Assembly: GCA_041649475.1 (NCBI GenBank)
Contig: JBAZNA010000001.1
Coordinates: 686,594-750,593, forward strand
DNA length: 64,000 nucleotides
Direction: 5' to 3'
Origin: Patescibacteria group bacterium
GTDB taxonomy: Bacteria; Patescibacteriota; Patescibacteriia; Magasanikbacterales; GWA2-37-8
In this document: one piece after another, positions 10,770-20,402 of the stretch
Position numbering within the stretch: position 1 is the first letter of the stretch
Layout of the letters: each line of letters starts with the position of its first letter
Notes under the pieces: model-generated
Told to the model about the DNA's origin: nothing
The model's database searches: none
What the model saw: only the letters and a program-made list of their open reading frames with translations
Position numbers and translations under genes: made by a program

Positions 10770-11138
10770 CTACTGTTCCTCCTTGGGGATGAACTGAAGG
10801 TTGAGTGGCTTGTCCTTGTGGTTGGTCTCTACCAGATCCACGCCGATCCACTTGCCCTTCTTCTCCACGTGGAGCTTCGCAACCACGTGAAGGTCTGAAC
10901 CAGAAGTGGAGACGTGGACTTCTTCCTCCAATCCTGCCACACTCCACCTCATACTTCGTAGGACGATCTGCCCCTGTTGAGTCAGTGCCTGCGCCCACAT
11001 GAAGTCCGACAACAGCGGGCTGTCTGCTTCTGGGGGCTTGTCCAGACAGTAGATGAGTAGCATGTTTTCCTTCACACCATCCCACATTACTCGCTGGACT
11101 TGTAGCCCGGCGAGTTCAACCCTCCGGGCTGTATTCAT
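10770..11138 (-). CDS. Hypothetical protein (GC-rich ORFan)
   Basis: Open frame with GAGAGG SD before ATG 11138 and an upstream sigma70-like promoter; no recognised motif. Confidence 0.55.
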   Translation of the reverse strand: MNTARRVELAGLQVQRVMWDGVKENMLLIYCLDKPPEADSPLLSDFMWAQALTQQGQIVLRSMRWSVAGLEEEVHVSTSGSDLHVVAKLHVEKKGKWIGVDLVETNHKDKPLNLQFIPKEEQ

Positions 11139-11174
11139 GGTTTCCGACCTCTCTGTCCATCTTAGGGACAAAGT

Positions 11175-11203
11175 AATATATCACAAAACCACCCTTTTTT
11201 CAA
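11175..11203 (-). promoter_or_regulatory. Sigma70-like promoter TTGAAA-17-TATATT inside a hairpin
   Basis: Hexamers with exact 17-nt spacer upstream of the 11138 ORF. Confidence 0.5.
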
Positions 11204-11238
11204 GGGGTGGCCTGTGGATAAGGTTTTAAGCAATAAAA

Positions 11239-13425
11239 CTAGGCGGCCTTAAGCTTACGCTTTTTCGCAGTAGCTGGCTTATTTTTCTCCAGCAAAGCGT
11301 CTAAATCTGCCATAACCGTATCAAAATCTTTTTCATCTAAAAATCCTTCCTCTTCGGTGACCACCACAAAACGGCCGCCCTGATCTTCTCTAATTGTAAA
11401 ATTCAAAACCTGATCTAGTTTGCGCAGCGCTGACTCAATTTGTTTTGCTTTATCAATCCCCGCTTCTGATTTTGCCATGGCTTTTTTATGTTCTACCAAC
11501 CTATCACCGGTATTTGCCCTGTCCACTCTGGCGGAAACAATCCTGGCTCCGGTGCCGGGCAAGACCCCTTTTACGTCAAATAATAATTCAGCGTCAACCA
11601 AATGAGTCGGCAAAGCCAAAGTCAATTCGTCTCCGCCCACTTTGCCAAGAAATAGATCCTCCCCTTTGGCCAGTTTTTTCTTTTTTAACAACTCGGTGAT
11701 ATTTTGTCTGAATAATCGTAATCTTTCGGTCAGTTGGTCGCTGGCTTTTAAAACATTCTCTTGGAAGACCTTAACCTGTTCTTCTTCCGGTAAATTTTCC
11801 ACTTCCTCCAGCAACTGCTCATAATTTAAAAGTTGATCAACCCCGACATCAAGCAAATCAATACTTAAAATTGTGCAGTCATCAATTTTTAAAGCCCGGC
11901 TGGTAAATTCGTCATCGGAAGTGTACAGTTCTGATTTTTCACTTGATCTTAATGTTTTCACGACTTCCTGCCGTGTTTTGAGAGATGCCAACTTTCCTTT
12001 ATCTTTAATATCGCCGGCAAATTCCTGATTTTTTGATAATTTTTCCGTCAAAGTTGACCCGTCCGCCAATTTTTTACCTTCTATCTCGCCGGCAGTATGC
12101 GGTTTAACAAAATCCATCAAATTCAGCATGCGGTAATATAAAGTGAGCTTATCAAACAGAGCCGAATCTTGCGCGTGCAACTTGTCTTTTCTGACATCCC
12201 GAAGCAAATCCTTATTTAACGACCGGACACCATTTTTAATTTCAAAAATTTGGCGCTCTTCACCTTCCTCCGTGCGCACGGTATTTGTTGCCATTATTTC
12301 TTTACCCAACTTCGAGAAATTTTTTACAGATCGCAAAACCGCCGCATCAAAGTCCCCTTCTTGGCCTTCAAAAATTTTATAATCCGCCAAACCCAAACTT
12401 TCCGCCAGCCGGTGAATTTCCATTGCCCGGCTTAACACTGATGATTTTGCCACCGACAGGGCAATCTCTTTATTTATATTTTTTTCATCTGCTTCACCAA
12501 CCTCGCTCACCCCCGCATTGAGCCGGTAGCCGACACCCCTGAACTGTTCTTCAAATTCATCCAAAATTTGCTTCTTGGCTTTGCCTTCAGGCGTTTTTTT
12601 GTATGTTTTTAATAATTTATATATAAAACCTTCCTGTTCTCCGTTTTCTCCGGCCATGGCTTCATTCACCCCGGCGCTTATCTCACTAATAATTTCATTA
12701 ACATTTATTCCGGCTTCAACCAATTTAGCATTCGTTGTCTTGTCTATTTTTAAAACGCTGTTTTTATAGTCCTGGGCCAAAACTAAATTATCTATCTGTG
12801 CTTCATCCAGCTCGGGCAAACTTTTCAGTAAAACTTTTTTAAACTGGTCTTTTAAAATATTCCTGCCGGCAATTAACATTTCATCAACATGGCTCTGGCC
12901 GAAAACAACGTCATTTAGATGTTTAATTGTCAAAAATTTATCAGCCGGGACGGAAATGTTTATAACCACATCTCCCGGCTCCAGATTGCCGTAAACATTG
13001 CCCCAATCGCGCCGTTCAAGCATGGAAGCGGTCATCTTTTTTTCCTTATCATCCAAAATTTCACCTGTTTCCAGTTTCGCAAAAGCAATTTCAGCTGCGC
13101 CCGTTTTACGTTCTGTCTGACGCTGTTCGGCCGGGTTTACCCAATCCGGCCCCTTCATGGTCTCATGATATATCGCCTCGTTTTCCGCGTTCACCAATAA
13201 ATCAACTATTTCCATTTTAATGCCGTTTAGCTCGTCCATTTCCTCTTTATTCAATTTTAAAAATTCGGTCAGTTGCGCTTTAAGCGCCTCGTAGTGGCCA
13301 TTTAATTCTTTAGAATATTTTTCCACCATCGCCAAAAGCTCCCTGGCCTGCTCTTCGGCAGTCGGTTTGGCCGATTTAGGAACTGTTTGCTCTGATTCGT
13401 TTTTGGCAATCGCTTCTTTTCTCAT
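11239..13425 (-). CDS. Large protein with two GGDEF/palm-like domains (first degenerate)
   Basis: IKHLNDVVFGQSHVD...RLNAGVS in the N-half; ILSIDLLDVG...KVGGDELTLAL in the C-half. Confidence 0.55.
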   Translation of the reverse strand: MRKEAIAKNESEQTVPKSAKPTAEEQARELLAMVEKYSKELNGHYEALKAQLTEFLKLNKEEMDELNGIKMEIVDLLVNAENEAIYHETMKGPDWVNPAEQRQTERKTGAAEIAFAKLETGEILDDKEKKMTASMLERRDWGNVYGNLEPGDVVINISVPADKFLTIKHLNDVVFGQSHVDEMLIAGRNILKDQFKKVLLKSLPELDEAQIDNLVLAQDYKNSVLKIDKTTNAKLVEAGINVNEIISEISAGVNEAMAGENGEQEGFIYKLLKTYKKTPEGKAKKQILDEFEEQFRGVGYRLNAGVSEVGEADEKNINKEIALSVAKSSVLSRAMEIHRLAESLGLADYKIFEGQEGDFDAAVLRSVKNFSKLGKEIMATNTVRTEEGEERQIFEIKNGVRSLNKDLLRDVRKDKLHAQDSALFDKLTLYYRMLNLMDFVKPHTAGEIEGKKLADGSTLTEKLSKNQEFAGDIKDKGKLASLKTRQEVVKTLRSSEKSELYTSDDEFTSRALKIDDCTILSIDLLDVGVDQLLNYEQLLEEVENLPEEEQVKVFQENVLKASDQLTERLRLFRQNITELLKKKKLAKGEDLFLGKVGGDELTLALPTHLVDAELLFDVKGVLPGTGARIVSARVDRANTGDRLVEHKKAMAKSEAGIDKAKQIESALRKLDQVLNFTIREDQGGRFVVVTEEEGFLDEKDFDTVMADLDALLEKNKPATAKKRKLKAA

Positions 13426-13751
13426 ATGCTTTTTATCTTTAAAAGAATAGTTTGCATTTTTTTAAAATCATTATCTTTGAGCGTCTGGGCGCGTTCACTG
13501 ATAAGTGCGTGATCTATTTTCTTTTTTTGCGCGGAAAATCTTCTTAAAAAATCTTTGTCCTGTTTTATTTTTCTGGCCAGCACTCCGGTTTGCCATTTTA
13601 TCGTATCTGCCAAAATATTTTTCAATTTAGCCAAACGTTCCGGCGCCAGCCCGGCTTTTACCTTATCTAAAATTTGAGCCCTAAATTCGGGCTCAAAAAC
13701 AAAAATCTGTTCAAGCAAATTTCCAATTTCATTATCGCCGTTTGCGGGCAT
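13422..13751 (-). CDS. Hypothetical helical protein
   Basis: ORF tightly coupled to both neighbours (4-bp overlap, 1-bp gap). Confidence 0.7.
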   Translation of the reverse strand: MPANGDNEIGNLLEQIFVFEPEFRAQILDKVKAGLAPERLAKLKNILADTIKWQTGVLARKIKQDKDFLRRFSAQKKKIDHALISERAQTLKDNDFKKMQTILLKIKSI

Positions 13752-13752
13752 A

Positions 13753-15087
13753 TTATAAAAGCTGATAGCTCTTGGTCGGCTCTTTCACTCCGTTAAAGAC
13801 AACATCTTTGATATTAAACACGCCAAACTGCCGGCCGTCCAAAAATCCGGCCATGGCCGCCTCGGCCAGCCAGCCGCTTTCCACCCAATCATAGAGCCAT
13901 TCATTGGTATATTTCGGATTATTCTGGGAGATGCCGGCGCCGATTGTTTTCAACCAGGTTCTGTTAAATACTTCCTGTGAGCCCAGCGAAGGCGCCATAA
14001 TTATCGGGGTGCCCAAAGCGGTATAAAACACCAGTTCGCTCGGTTTGGTCCACAGCACATCGGTCGTCTTAAGATGTTCGCTAAAATCTTTAAAATAATC
14101 CTCTTTTTCCGTGGCAAAAATTATTTTTATGTTTCTGTCCAATTGCTTGCAGAGTCCGCTGATTCGTATCTGTTCTTTAAAAAATGTATAAACATCATTG
14201 CGCGAACCGGCCACCAAATTAAGATTAATCTCTTCATTATGCAATTTCTTTTTCAAACTCGCTAAAATATCAATAGCTATGTGCTTTTGCGCACCGGCTC
14301 CGCCCACGGCAAAAGTCAAGGTGAGCGGATGATGATGCTGATGCTCTTTTTTTACGTCCTTTAAAAATTTATTGATCGTTTCCCAATATTTTTGTCGGTA
14401 TCTTTTGTCAGGATCAAGATTAACGACGCGATCGGACAAATCCGCCTTCAGGGTCTTAAGTCCCGGTCCGCCTAAATTTTCTTCCGGCAATGGAAACCCG
14501 GTTAAAAATATATTTTCCGCCGGCACCCCGTATAATTTCAGACGATCAACCACCCGCCGGCAAGGCGCCAGATACTTTATCCGGCTTTTTTGCGGATTCA
14601 GCGCCACCCAGGCCCGGCTGATGTCAGCATCGCACAAAACACAATAGATATCATTTTTAAAACCGTGCTCTTCGGCAAAAAAAGAAACCGTAAAAAAAGT
14701 GGTGATTAAAGGAATATTTTTGGTGTTCAAATAATCAATAAAATCTTTTCCCCAGCCATTATGTATCCATTTATACATCTGCGTCATTTCAAAAGTCGGC
14801 TTGGATAAATCCCGGCGCGGATAAAAATCAGCGATGCGCTGGGCCTTGTCATAAAGCCCGAACAAAAAACTGCCGACTAACGGCACGTTGGAAAGCCGGG
14901 AAACAAATCCGTAAAACTTTTCCGAATTATTCCAAACGTCAAAGTCCTTTTTTGGTATGCCCTGATAATTGTTGGCGGTTATGACTTTGCCGGTCGGTGA
15001 AAGACCCCGCAAGGGATAAGCGGCTCTTTGATGTCCATAACCCATATCTACGGCCACAATCCAGGCCTTTTGTTCTGCCTCCGTCAT
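13753..15087 (-). CDS. GT-B fold glycosyltransferase-like protein (UgtP/MGDG-synthase-like)
   Basis: VDMGYGHQRAA N-terminal motif; TGFP, VGGAG, TKPSEL, GSQEVFN. Confidence 0.65.
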   Translation of the reverse strand: MTEAEQKAWIVAVDMGYGHQRAAYPLRGLSPTGKVITANNYQGIPKKDFDVWNNSEKFYGFVSRLSNVPLVGSFLFGLYDKAQRIADFYPRRDLSKPTFEMTQMYKWIHNGWGKDFIDYLNTKNIPLITTFFTVSFFAEEHGFKNDIYCVLCDADISRAWVALNPQKSRIKYLAPCRRVVDRLKLYGVPAENIFLTGFPLPEENLGGPGLKTLKADLSDRVVNLDPDKRYRQKYWETINKFLKDVKKEHQHHHPLTLTFAVGGAGAQKHIAIDILASLKKKLHNEEINLNLVAGSRNDVYTFFKEQIRISGLCKQLDRNIKIIFATEKEDYFKDFSEHLKTTDVLWTKPSELVFYTALGTPIIMAPSLGSQEVFNRTWLKTIGAGISQNNPKYTNEWLYDWVESGWLAEAAMAGFLDGRQFGVFNIKDVVFNGVKEPTKSYQLL

Positions 15088-15761
15088 ATACTATTAAATC
15101 GTTTATTTTTAGCAAATAAAAATCCCATTGTTCTGTCAAACTTTGAAGGAAATATTTGCACGCCAAAACCGTTTTCGCGCAGTTTTTGCTCAATTTGCTG
15201 ATATTCCTTACCATTATGATACTCCAAAATGATGAAATTTACCATATTTAAATCGCTGGCTTTAAGGTTTTCAAACACCTCATACTCCCCGCCTTCAATA
15301 TCCATCTTCAAAAGAGATATCTTTTTTATTTTATTTTGCCGGCAAAAATCCGCCAATGAATATGCTTGAACTTTTATTGAATTTTCCTTTATCTCCCCGT
15401 CAGCCAGTTTGTGATTATGCGAATCGGCGCTTATTTCCAATAATCTTTTGCCGCTTTCTCCCGCCAAAGCCCCGCTAATTACATAAACACCTTTCAGTTT
15501 ATTGGCTTTAACATGTTTTTGCAGTAATTTTAAATTGTTCGGTTCCGGTTCAAGCGCAAAAATTTTCGCCTTACCACCCAGCATTTTACAATAAAAAACA
15601 AAAAAACCGGCATGAGCGCCCACATCAACTATCGGATACTTCGCCGACTTGATCACAAAATCGGCCGCCCGGTATTCTTTATATTTAAAAATCTCATTAA
15701 AAACGCTGGCGTCGGCCTCATCGCGCAAATTAAAATGCCAATCTTTATAATTAATTTCCAT
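15084..15761 (-). CDS. FkbM family methyltransferase
   Basis: VDVGAHAG, ALEPEPNN, LLKMDIEGGE. Confidence 0.9.
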   Translation of the reverse strand: MEINYKDWHFNLRDEADASVFNEIFKYKEYRAADFVIKSAKYPIVDVGAHAGFFVFYCKMLGGKAKIFALEPEPNNLKLLQKHVKANKLKGVYVISGALAGESGKRLLEISADSHNHKLADGEIKENSIKVQAYSLADFCRQNKIKKISLLKMDIEGGEYEVFENLKASDLNMVNFIILEYHNGKEYQQIEQKLRENGFGVQIFPSKFDRTMGFLFAKNKRFNSI

Positions 15762-15865
15762 ATATCAATATTTTACCTTAAACTGCGAATTTTTCAAGGT
15801 TGTGCTTGTCATTTTAAACCCTCAATAATACATTACCTATTATAGAGCATGAGTAAAAGATAAGT

Positions 15866-16366
15866 ATGAATATAGAGGAAGAGATGCTGAAAGCTTATAA
15901 CTCGCATGCTGATTCAATACTCAAATTTTGCCTGTACAGGGTTTATGACAAAGAAACAGCTGAAGATCTGACCCAGGAAACTTTTCTGCATTTATACACC
16001 TACCTGCTTAAAGGCAACAGTATCGCTAATGTCAGAAGCTTTCTCTATCACACGGCTAACAATATAATCATCGATTATTCCCGGAAACAAAAAGAAGTGT
16101 CGCTGGACATTATGATGGACAATGGTTTTGAACCGGCCGGAAAAGTGGAAAATTTCGGTTTGGATGAAGAGTGGTTGATAAATGTCATCAAACAAATAAG
16201 AAAGGACTACAGCGCCCCCCTACTTTTGCGTTATGTTGAAGAGTTGAAACCAAAAGAAATCGCACAAGTTTTAGGAAAATCACAAAATGAAATATCAGTA
16301 AAAATCTATCGCGGCCTTAAAAAATTAAAACAAATCCTGGCTGAAGGCGGCCTGCATGAGGTCTAA
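15866..16366 (+). CDS. ECF sigma-70 factor
   Basis: AEDLTQETFL, RSFLYHTANNIIID, EIAQVLG. Confidence 0.9.
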   Translation: MNIEEEMLKAYNSHADSILKFCLYRVYDKETAEDLTQETFLHLYTYLLKGNSIANVRSFLYHTANNIIIDYSRKQKEVSLDIMMDNGFEPAGKVENFGLDEEWLINVIKQIRKDYSAPLLLRYVEELKPKEIAQVLGKSQNEISVKIYRGLKKLKQILAEGGLHEV

Positions 16367-16438
16367 CTGCTCTGCTTGACAGCTCTGTTACCGGCTGTTA
16401 AGCTAGATACTCGTATTTAATTCTTATCATTAAAAACC

Positions 16439-17632
16439 ATGACCAAAATCATAGCTTTTTTTATAGGAACTATATCTTTATTAACTAATTTCTTCGCCCC
16501 CATCAGCCCCATCAGCCCAGTCAGCCAAAGCGCGGCTAACTCAACTCTTAACCTTCAAAATCTAAACAATTTGCCCGTTACAATGGAACAGCATCCGGCC
16601 ACAAGTTCTTGGGCCACAGCCATTGTGTTGCCGCAATCTCACAGGTACCCGGGCAGTGAGATCGCCGACCCGAAAAATAACAACGCCGTTGTGGTTCAAA
16701 ATCAAATCTATAACGTTATCTCACAACTATATAATCAAAACCACATAAACTTCGTCTTGGCTGAAGGCGACCTGAACGGACCGGTGCCGGCCGACAAAAT
16801 CAGCAACTTAAATCAGGAAATAAAATTAAGAAATCAATTCGCGGAGGAAAGCTCAAACCTAAATAAAATATTATCGCAAAATAATTCAGCCAATCAAACA
16901 TGCCTTACCGGCTTCTTTAACCAGACAAATAAAATAATCTCCTATTTAGACAGGGATATTGCCCTAGCCGGCGCGCCATATCAACTTAAGGCCGAAGGAA
17001 ACGACCTGGCTCTTTACGGCGCTGAAAATAGTTCCACTAGAGAAGCCAGTGCCAATATAGTCCGCGACTATGTGTATCTAAACGACCGCCTAACACAATT
17101 GGGCGGAGGCAGCCAACTGGCTTCTGCCTCTGTTTCGGGCGCTAGCACCAATGCCTCAATGCTCGCATTACTCTCAACGCTGGGCGGACAAAAATCACAA
17201 CCCCTGGAAAGCTACTTCCCTTCTTTAGTTACCATAGCCGGCACAGACGCCGCCGCCTCAACCGCAGTCAACCAATTAAAAGACACCTACCACCAGCTGC
17301 AAACTTTGGATAAGGTTAAAAACGCTTCGGAGGCGTCTGCTTCATCTCCCTCCCGCGCTGATAACCCCTATAGTTCAATAACCGACACCACACAGATTCG
17401 GACCTTGATCAGTAAAAACAACGACCAGCTGACGGATGTGGTTTTAAATCAGCGCAATGAAGATGCGGCTGATAATTTTGCGCAGAATTTAAAATCACAA
17501 AATCTTGATACGGGAATCATCATTTTCGGAGCCGAGCACACAGCCGGGTTGATAAAAGATCTTAACGACAAAGGCATATCCGTCATTACTATTTCCGTTC
17601 AGGGATTGGCAACGACCCAAACCTCATCATAA
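16439..17632 (+). CDS. Secreted protein with TraB/Tiki/ChaN-like motifs
   Basis: Signal-like N-terminus; PQSH, VLAEG, RNEDA, IIFGAEH motifs split by helical inserts. Confidence 0.45.
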   Translation: MTKIIAFFIGTISLLTNFFAPISPISPVSQSAANSTLNLQNLNNLPVTMEQHPATSSWATAIVLPQSHRYPGSEIADPKNNNAVVVQNQIYNVISQLYNQNHINFVLAEGDLNGPVPADKISNLNQEIKLRNQFAEESSNLNKILSQNNSANQTCLTGFFNQTNKIISYLDRDIALAGAPYQLKAEGNDLALYGAENSSTREASANIVRDYVYLNDRLTQLGGGSQLASASVSGASTNASMLALLSTLGGQKSQPLESYFPSLVTIAGTDAAASTAVNQLKDTYHQLQTLDKVKNASEASASSPSRADNPYSSITDTTQIRTLISKNNDQLTDVVLNQRNEDAADNFAQNLKSQNLDTGIIIFGAEHTAGLIKDLNDKGISVITISVQGLATTQTSS

Positions 17633-18103
17633 ATTTCCACAAGTAATCTTCAGGTTATAATAACCCGGATTTAACAGCTGCCCGTTGATACTGCAAACCG
17701 TGCTTCCGTTAGTGTATCCGATGGAAGCGGTTGAGGTGTCAGACACAAAGGAATTGATAGGGTCAGGCCTAAAACCCTGACTAATCAAATAACTTTCAAC
17801 TGTTTTTTCTTGAGTATCGGTTATATTGCTGGCTTGCATCATTTGTCCGCCGACGCCTTTCTGATTCTGAATAATCCAGGAGAGATTATTCGGTTCTGAA
17901 TTGGAAAAATTTAAGCCGCTGGCGCTTTTCATGCTGTTCATAAGCCCGGCAATATCGGTTCCGGTGTTTGCTGTTGTAGTTGGCTGATTATTAGTGGCTG
18001 GCTGATTATTATAGGAAACCGGCGCACTTGAACTGGCGCAACCGGCCCCGACCAGGAGCAACGCTCCGCTCACTACAGAAACTAAAATTAAATTCTTTTT
18101 CAT
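17627..18103 (-). CDS. Putative lipoprotein
   Basis: LVGAGC lipobox-like signal, NNQP repeats, C-terminal Cys pair. Confidence 0.7.
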   Translation of the reverse strand: MKKNLILVSVVSGALLLVGAGCASSSAPVSYNNQPATNNQPTTTANTGTDIAGLMNSMKSASGLNFSNSEPNNLSWIIQNQKGVGGQMMQASNITDTQEKTVESYLISQGFRPDPINSFVSDTSTASIGYTNGSTVCSINGQLLNPGYYNLKITCGNL

Positions 18104-18180
18104 AAATTATAATGTTAAGATAAAGTCATACTTCTACAGTATAATTTCTGCTATGCTCTTGTCAAATTCCTTTTAACCAA

Positions 18181-18209
18181 AAAGAGCGGCGCATTTGGCC
18201 GCCCTTTTT
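18181..18209. terminator. Intrinsic terminator hairpin downstream of the LysM gene
   Basis: GC-rich stem flanked by A and T runs. Confidence 0.5.
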
Positions 18210-18231
18210 GCTTTGCCAACTGTAGGAGGAA

Positions 18232-18918
18232 TTAATACCCGCTACTTGGCGCTGGAGAGGAAGGAACAGAAGGTGCGACCGGGACAACCGTTGACGGTAC
18301 ACTACTGCCGCCAAACAGCTGATCAAGAATGAACATATCACCTAAGCTGGTACCACCGCCGGTATTAACAACGCCACTACCGCCAATACTGCCGTATGCG
18401 CCATTGTTAAACAATTGGTCCATAATCAGGTAATCTCCCAAATTCATGGGCTGGTTGCCGCCGAATAGACGACCTAAGACAAATAAATTTCCAAGATTAT
18501 TCCCGGTGTTAAGGACTCCGCCAGTGTTAACTCCATTGGAGTAAACTGTCGTATTGGCAGTCGGAATCACCAACTGCTGTCCGGGATTAATTATATTAGG
18601 ATTAGAAATATTATTTGCCGCCACGATTTGTCCATATAAGTTTGCGTTACCTAAGTATCTGGCTGCTATTGACCTTAGGGTGTCACCGGATTGGACAACA
18701 TAAACAAAACCGTTTGTTCTGCTGTTCAAAATTCCGTTACTGCCGGCAAACAACCTGTCAAGCACAAATAATTGGCCTAATCCCAAGTTGGAACCCGAGA
18801 TATTGCCAAACACATCACTGCTTACCTGTGCTTGCGCCACCGGCGCTATACTTACGACAGCCGCAGCCGCTAAAGAGGCCATGCCGTAAGAAATTCTCTT
18901 AATTAGATTCATATTCAC
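18232..18918 (-). CDS. Secreted LysM-domain protein with four LGxxFxLDxLF-type repeats
   Basis: YVVQSGDTLRSIA...NNISNPNIINPGQQLVIP LysM; signal peptide. Confidence 0.85.
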   Translation of the reverse strand: MNMNLIKRISYGMASLAAAAVVSIAPVAQAQVSSDVFGNISGSNLGLGQLFVLDRLFAGSNGILNSRTNGFVYVVQSGDTLRSIAARYLGNANLYGQIVAANNISNPNIINPGQQLVIPTANTTVYSNGVNTGGVLNTGNNLGNLFVLGRLFGGNQPMNLGDYLIMDQLFNNGAYGSIGGSGVVNTGGGTSLGDMFILDQLFGGSSVPSTVVPVAPSVPSSPAPSSGY

Positions 18919-19022
18919 AATTACATTAATTAACTGCTTTACACTATACTTGACGAAACTAAAACGACTTTATGTCTCATGAATATAAAGTCGCTTAACT
19001 AAGAGGCGTAGGCCCTCTATAA

Positions 19023-20186
19023 TTATTTACCGGCCAAAACCACACTTACATCCAGGGTCTGGCCATTCCTGTAGATCTGAAGCTCAATTGTATCTCCGAC
19101 ATTATGTTGATTAACAACATCTGAAAGCAAATAATTTTCATTTAATTGCTTTCCATCTGCTGTCAATATAATATCACCCGCTTTTATTCCTGCTTGAGCC
19201 GCCGGCGAACCCGGCGCGACTGCCGGCTGGTTCGCTCTATCCCCTTTGATAACCAGCATGCCGTAGCTGTATGGCAAATTCATATTGGTCTGCAGTTCAA
19301 TTGTCACCGGTTCGTATCTGACTCCAATAAACGGGATCTTAAAATCACTTAACTGACCGCCGGAAATCACCTGATCCAAATCGCGTTTCACTAAATTACC
19401 GGGTAAAGCGAATCCAATTCCCGGCGCATCAGCCGTAGCCACATTCATACCAATCACATTGCCGGCAATATCAAGCAACGGTCCGCCGGAATTGCCCGGA
19501 TTAATGGCCGCATCGGTTTGGATAACGCCGTGGAGATCTTCAGTTTGTAAAGGATTGTCACCTTGAGCCGTAACATTTCTCATCAATCCCGAAACCACGC
19601 CTTTACTGACCGAATTATTGAACTGCCCCAAAGCATAGCCGATGGAAATGGCGGTTTGTCCAACCTGAAGATTATCGGAATTGCCAAAGGTTAAAAACGG
19701 CAAACCGCTGATGTTGTCTATCTTCAAAATGGCAATGTCATTGCTGGGATCAGTCGCCACCACACGAGCTTTAACTTCCTGTCCGGCATGGGCGCTGTCA
19801 TTTAAAATCACCGTGTATACTGCGCCGATAGTATCCACAACGTGCTTATTGGTCACAATAAATCCGTCCGCCGAAACCAAAAATCCGCTGCCCGCGCCGA
19901 TTCTTTGCAGGGTCGTGCTGGCGCCAGCGCTCGTCTCTAGACACTGCGCCTGCAGTGATGCCGGAAAATCCAGACCGCACTGCTGAACACTGGAAACATT
20001 TTGCGAAGCCAGAATGCTAACCACTGCCGGGGCGTCTTGCTTGACGACATTTATGGTCTGCGATTCCTCTGTGTTCTGGGTTTGAAGATCCTGGGCCGTA
20101 GAGATATCATAAACCATCAGCGCCAGACCGGCTAAAAGAATAATTACTCCCGCTATTTTTACATTATTTTTTATATCATTTTTCAT
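19023..20186 (-). CDS. htrA: HtrA/DegP serine protease with PDZ domain
   Basis: TNKHVV, DIAILKI, TDAAINPGNSGGPL catalytic triad; C-terminal PDZ. Confidence 0.93.
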   Translation of the reverse strand: MKNDIKNNVKIAGVIILLAGLALMVYDISTAQDLQTQNTEESQTINVVKQDAPAVVSILASQNVSSVQQCGLDFPASLQAQCLETSAGASTTLQRIGAGSGFLVSADGFIVTNKHVVDTIGAVYTVILNDSAHAGQEVKARVVATDPSNDIAILKIDNISGLPFLTFGNSDNLQVGQTAISIGYALGQFNNSVSKGVVSGLMRNVTAQGDNPLQTEDLHGVIQTDAAINPGNSGGPLLDIAGNVIGMNVATADAPGIGFALPGNLVKRDLDQVISGGQLSDFKIPFIGVRYEPVTIELQTNMNLPYSYGMLVIKGDRANQPAVAPGSPAAQAGIKAGDIILTADGKQLNENYLLSDVVNQHNVGDTIELQIYRNGQTLDVSVVLAGK

Positions 20187-20307
20187 ATTGGCTGTGTTAG
20201 TAGATGGTTACATAGTAAACTCATACTTATCTACTCTTATCTTTACAGTTAAAAAATAACCTGTCAATATTTGATACGTTTGACAGGGTTTTGGGGGTGC
20301 AGAATTG

Positions 20308-20378
20308 TTCCGAGGCCTGGATTCGAACCAGGATAAGGACCTTCAAAGGGTCCCGGCTTGCCGTTGGCCGACCTCGGA
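20308..20378 (-). tRNA. tRNA-Gln(UUG)
   Basis: Cloverleaf: acceptor TCCGAGG/CCTCGGA, anticodon arm GGACC-CTTTGAA-GGTCC, T-loop TTCGAAT; CCA not encoded. Confidence 0.92.
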
Positions 20379-20402
20379 ATTTTTAATTTTATGAAGGAAG
20401 TT

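Noticed and set aside
11213-11221. Perfect DnaA box (TGTGGATAA)
   Set aside because: Single box in a short intergenic gap with no cluster or dnaA nearby, so not enough to call an origin.
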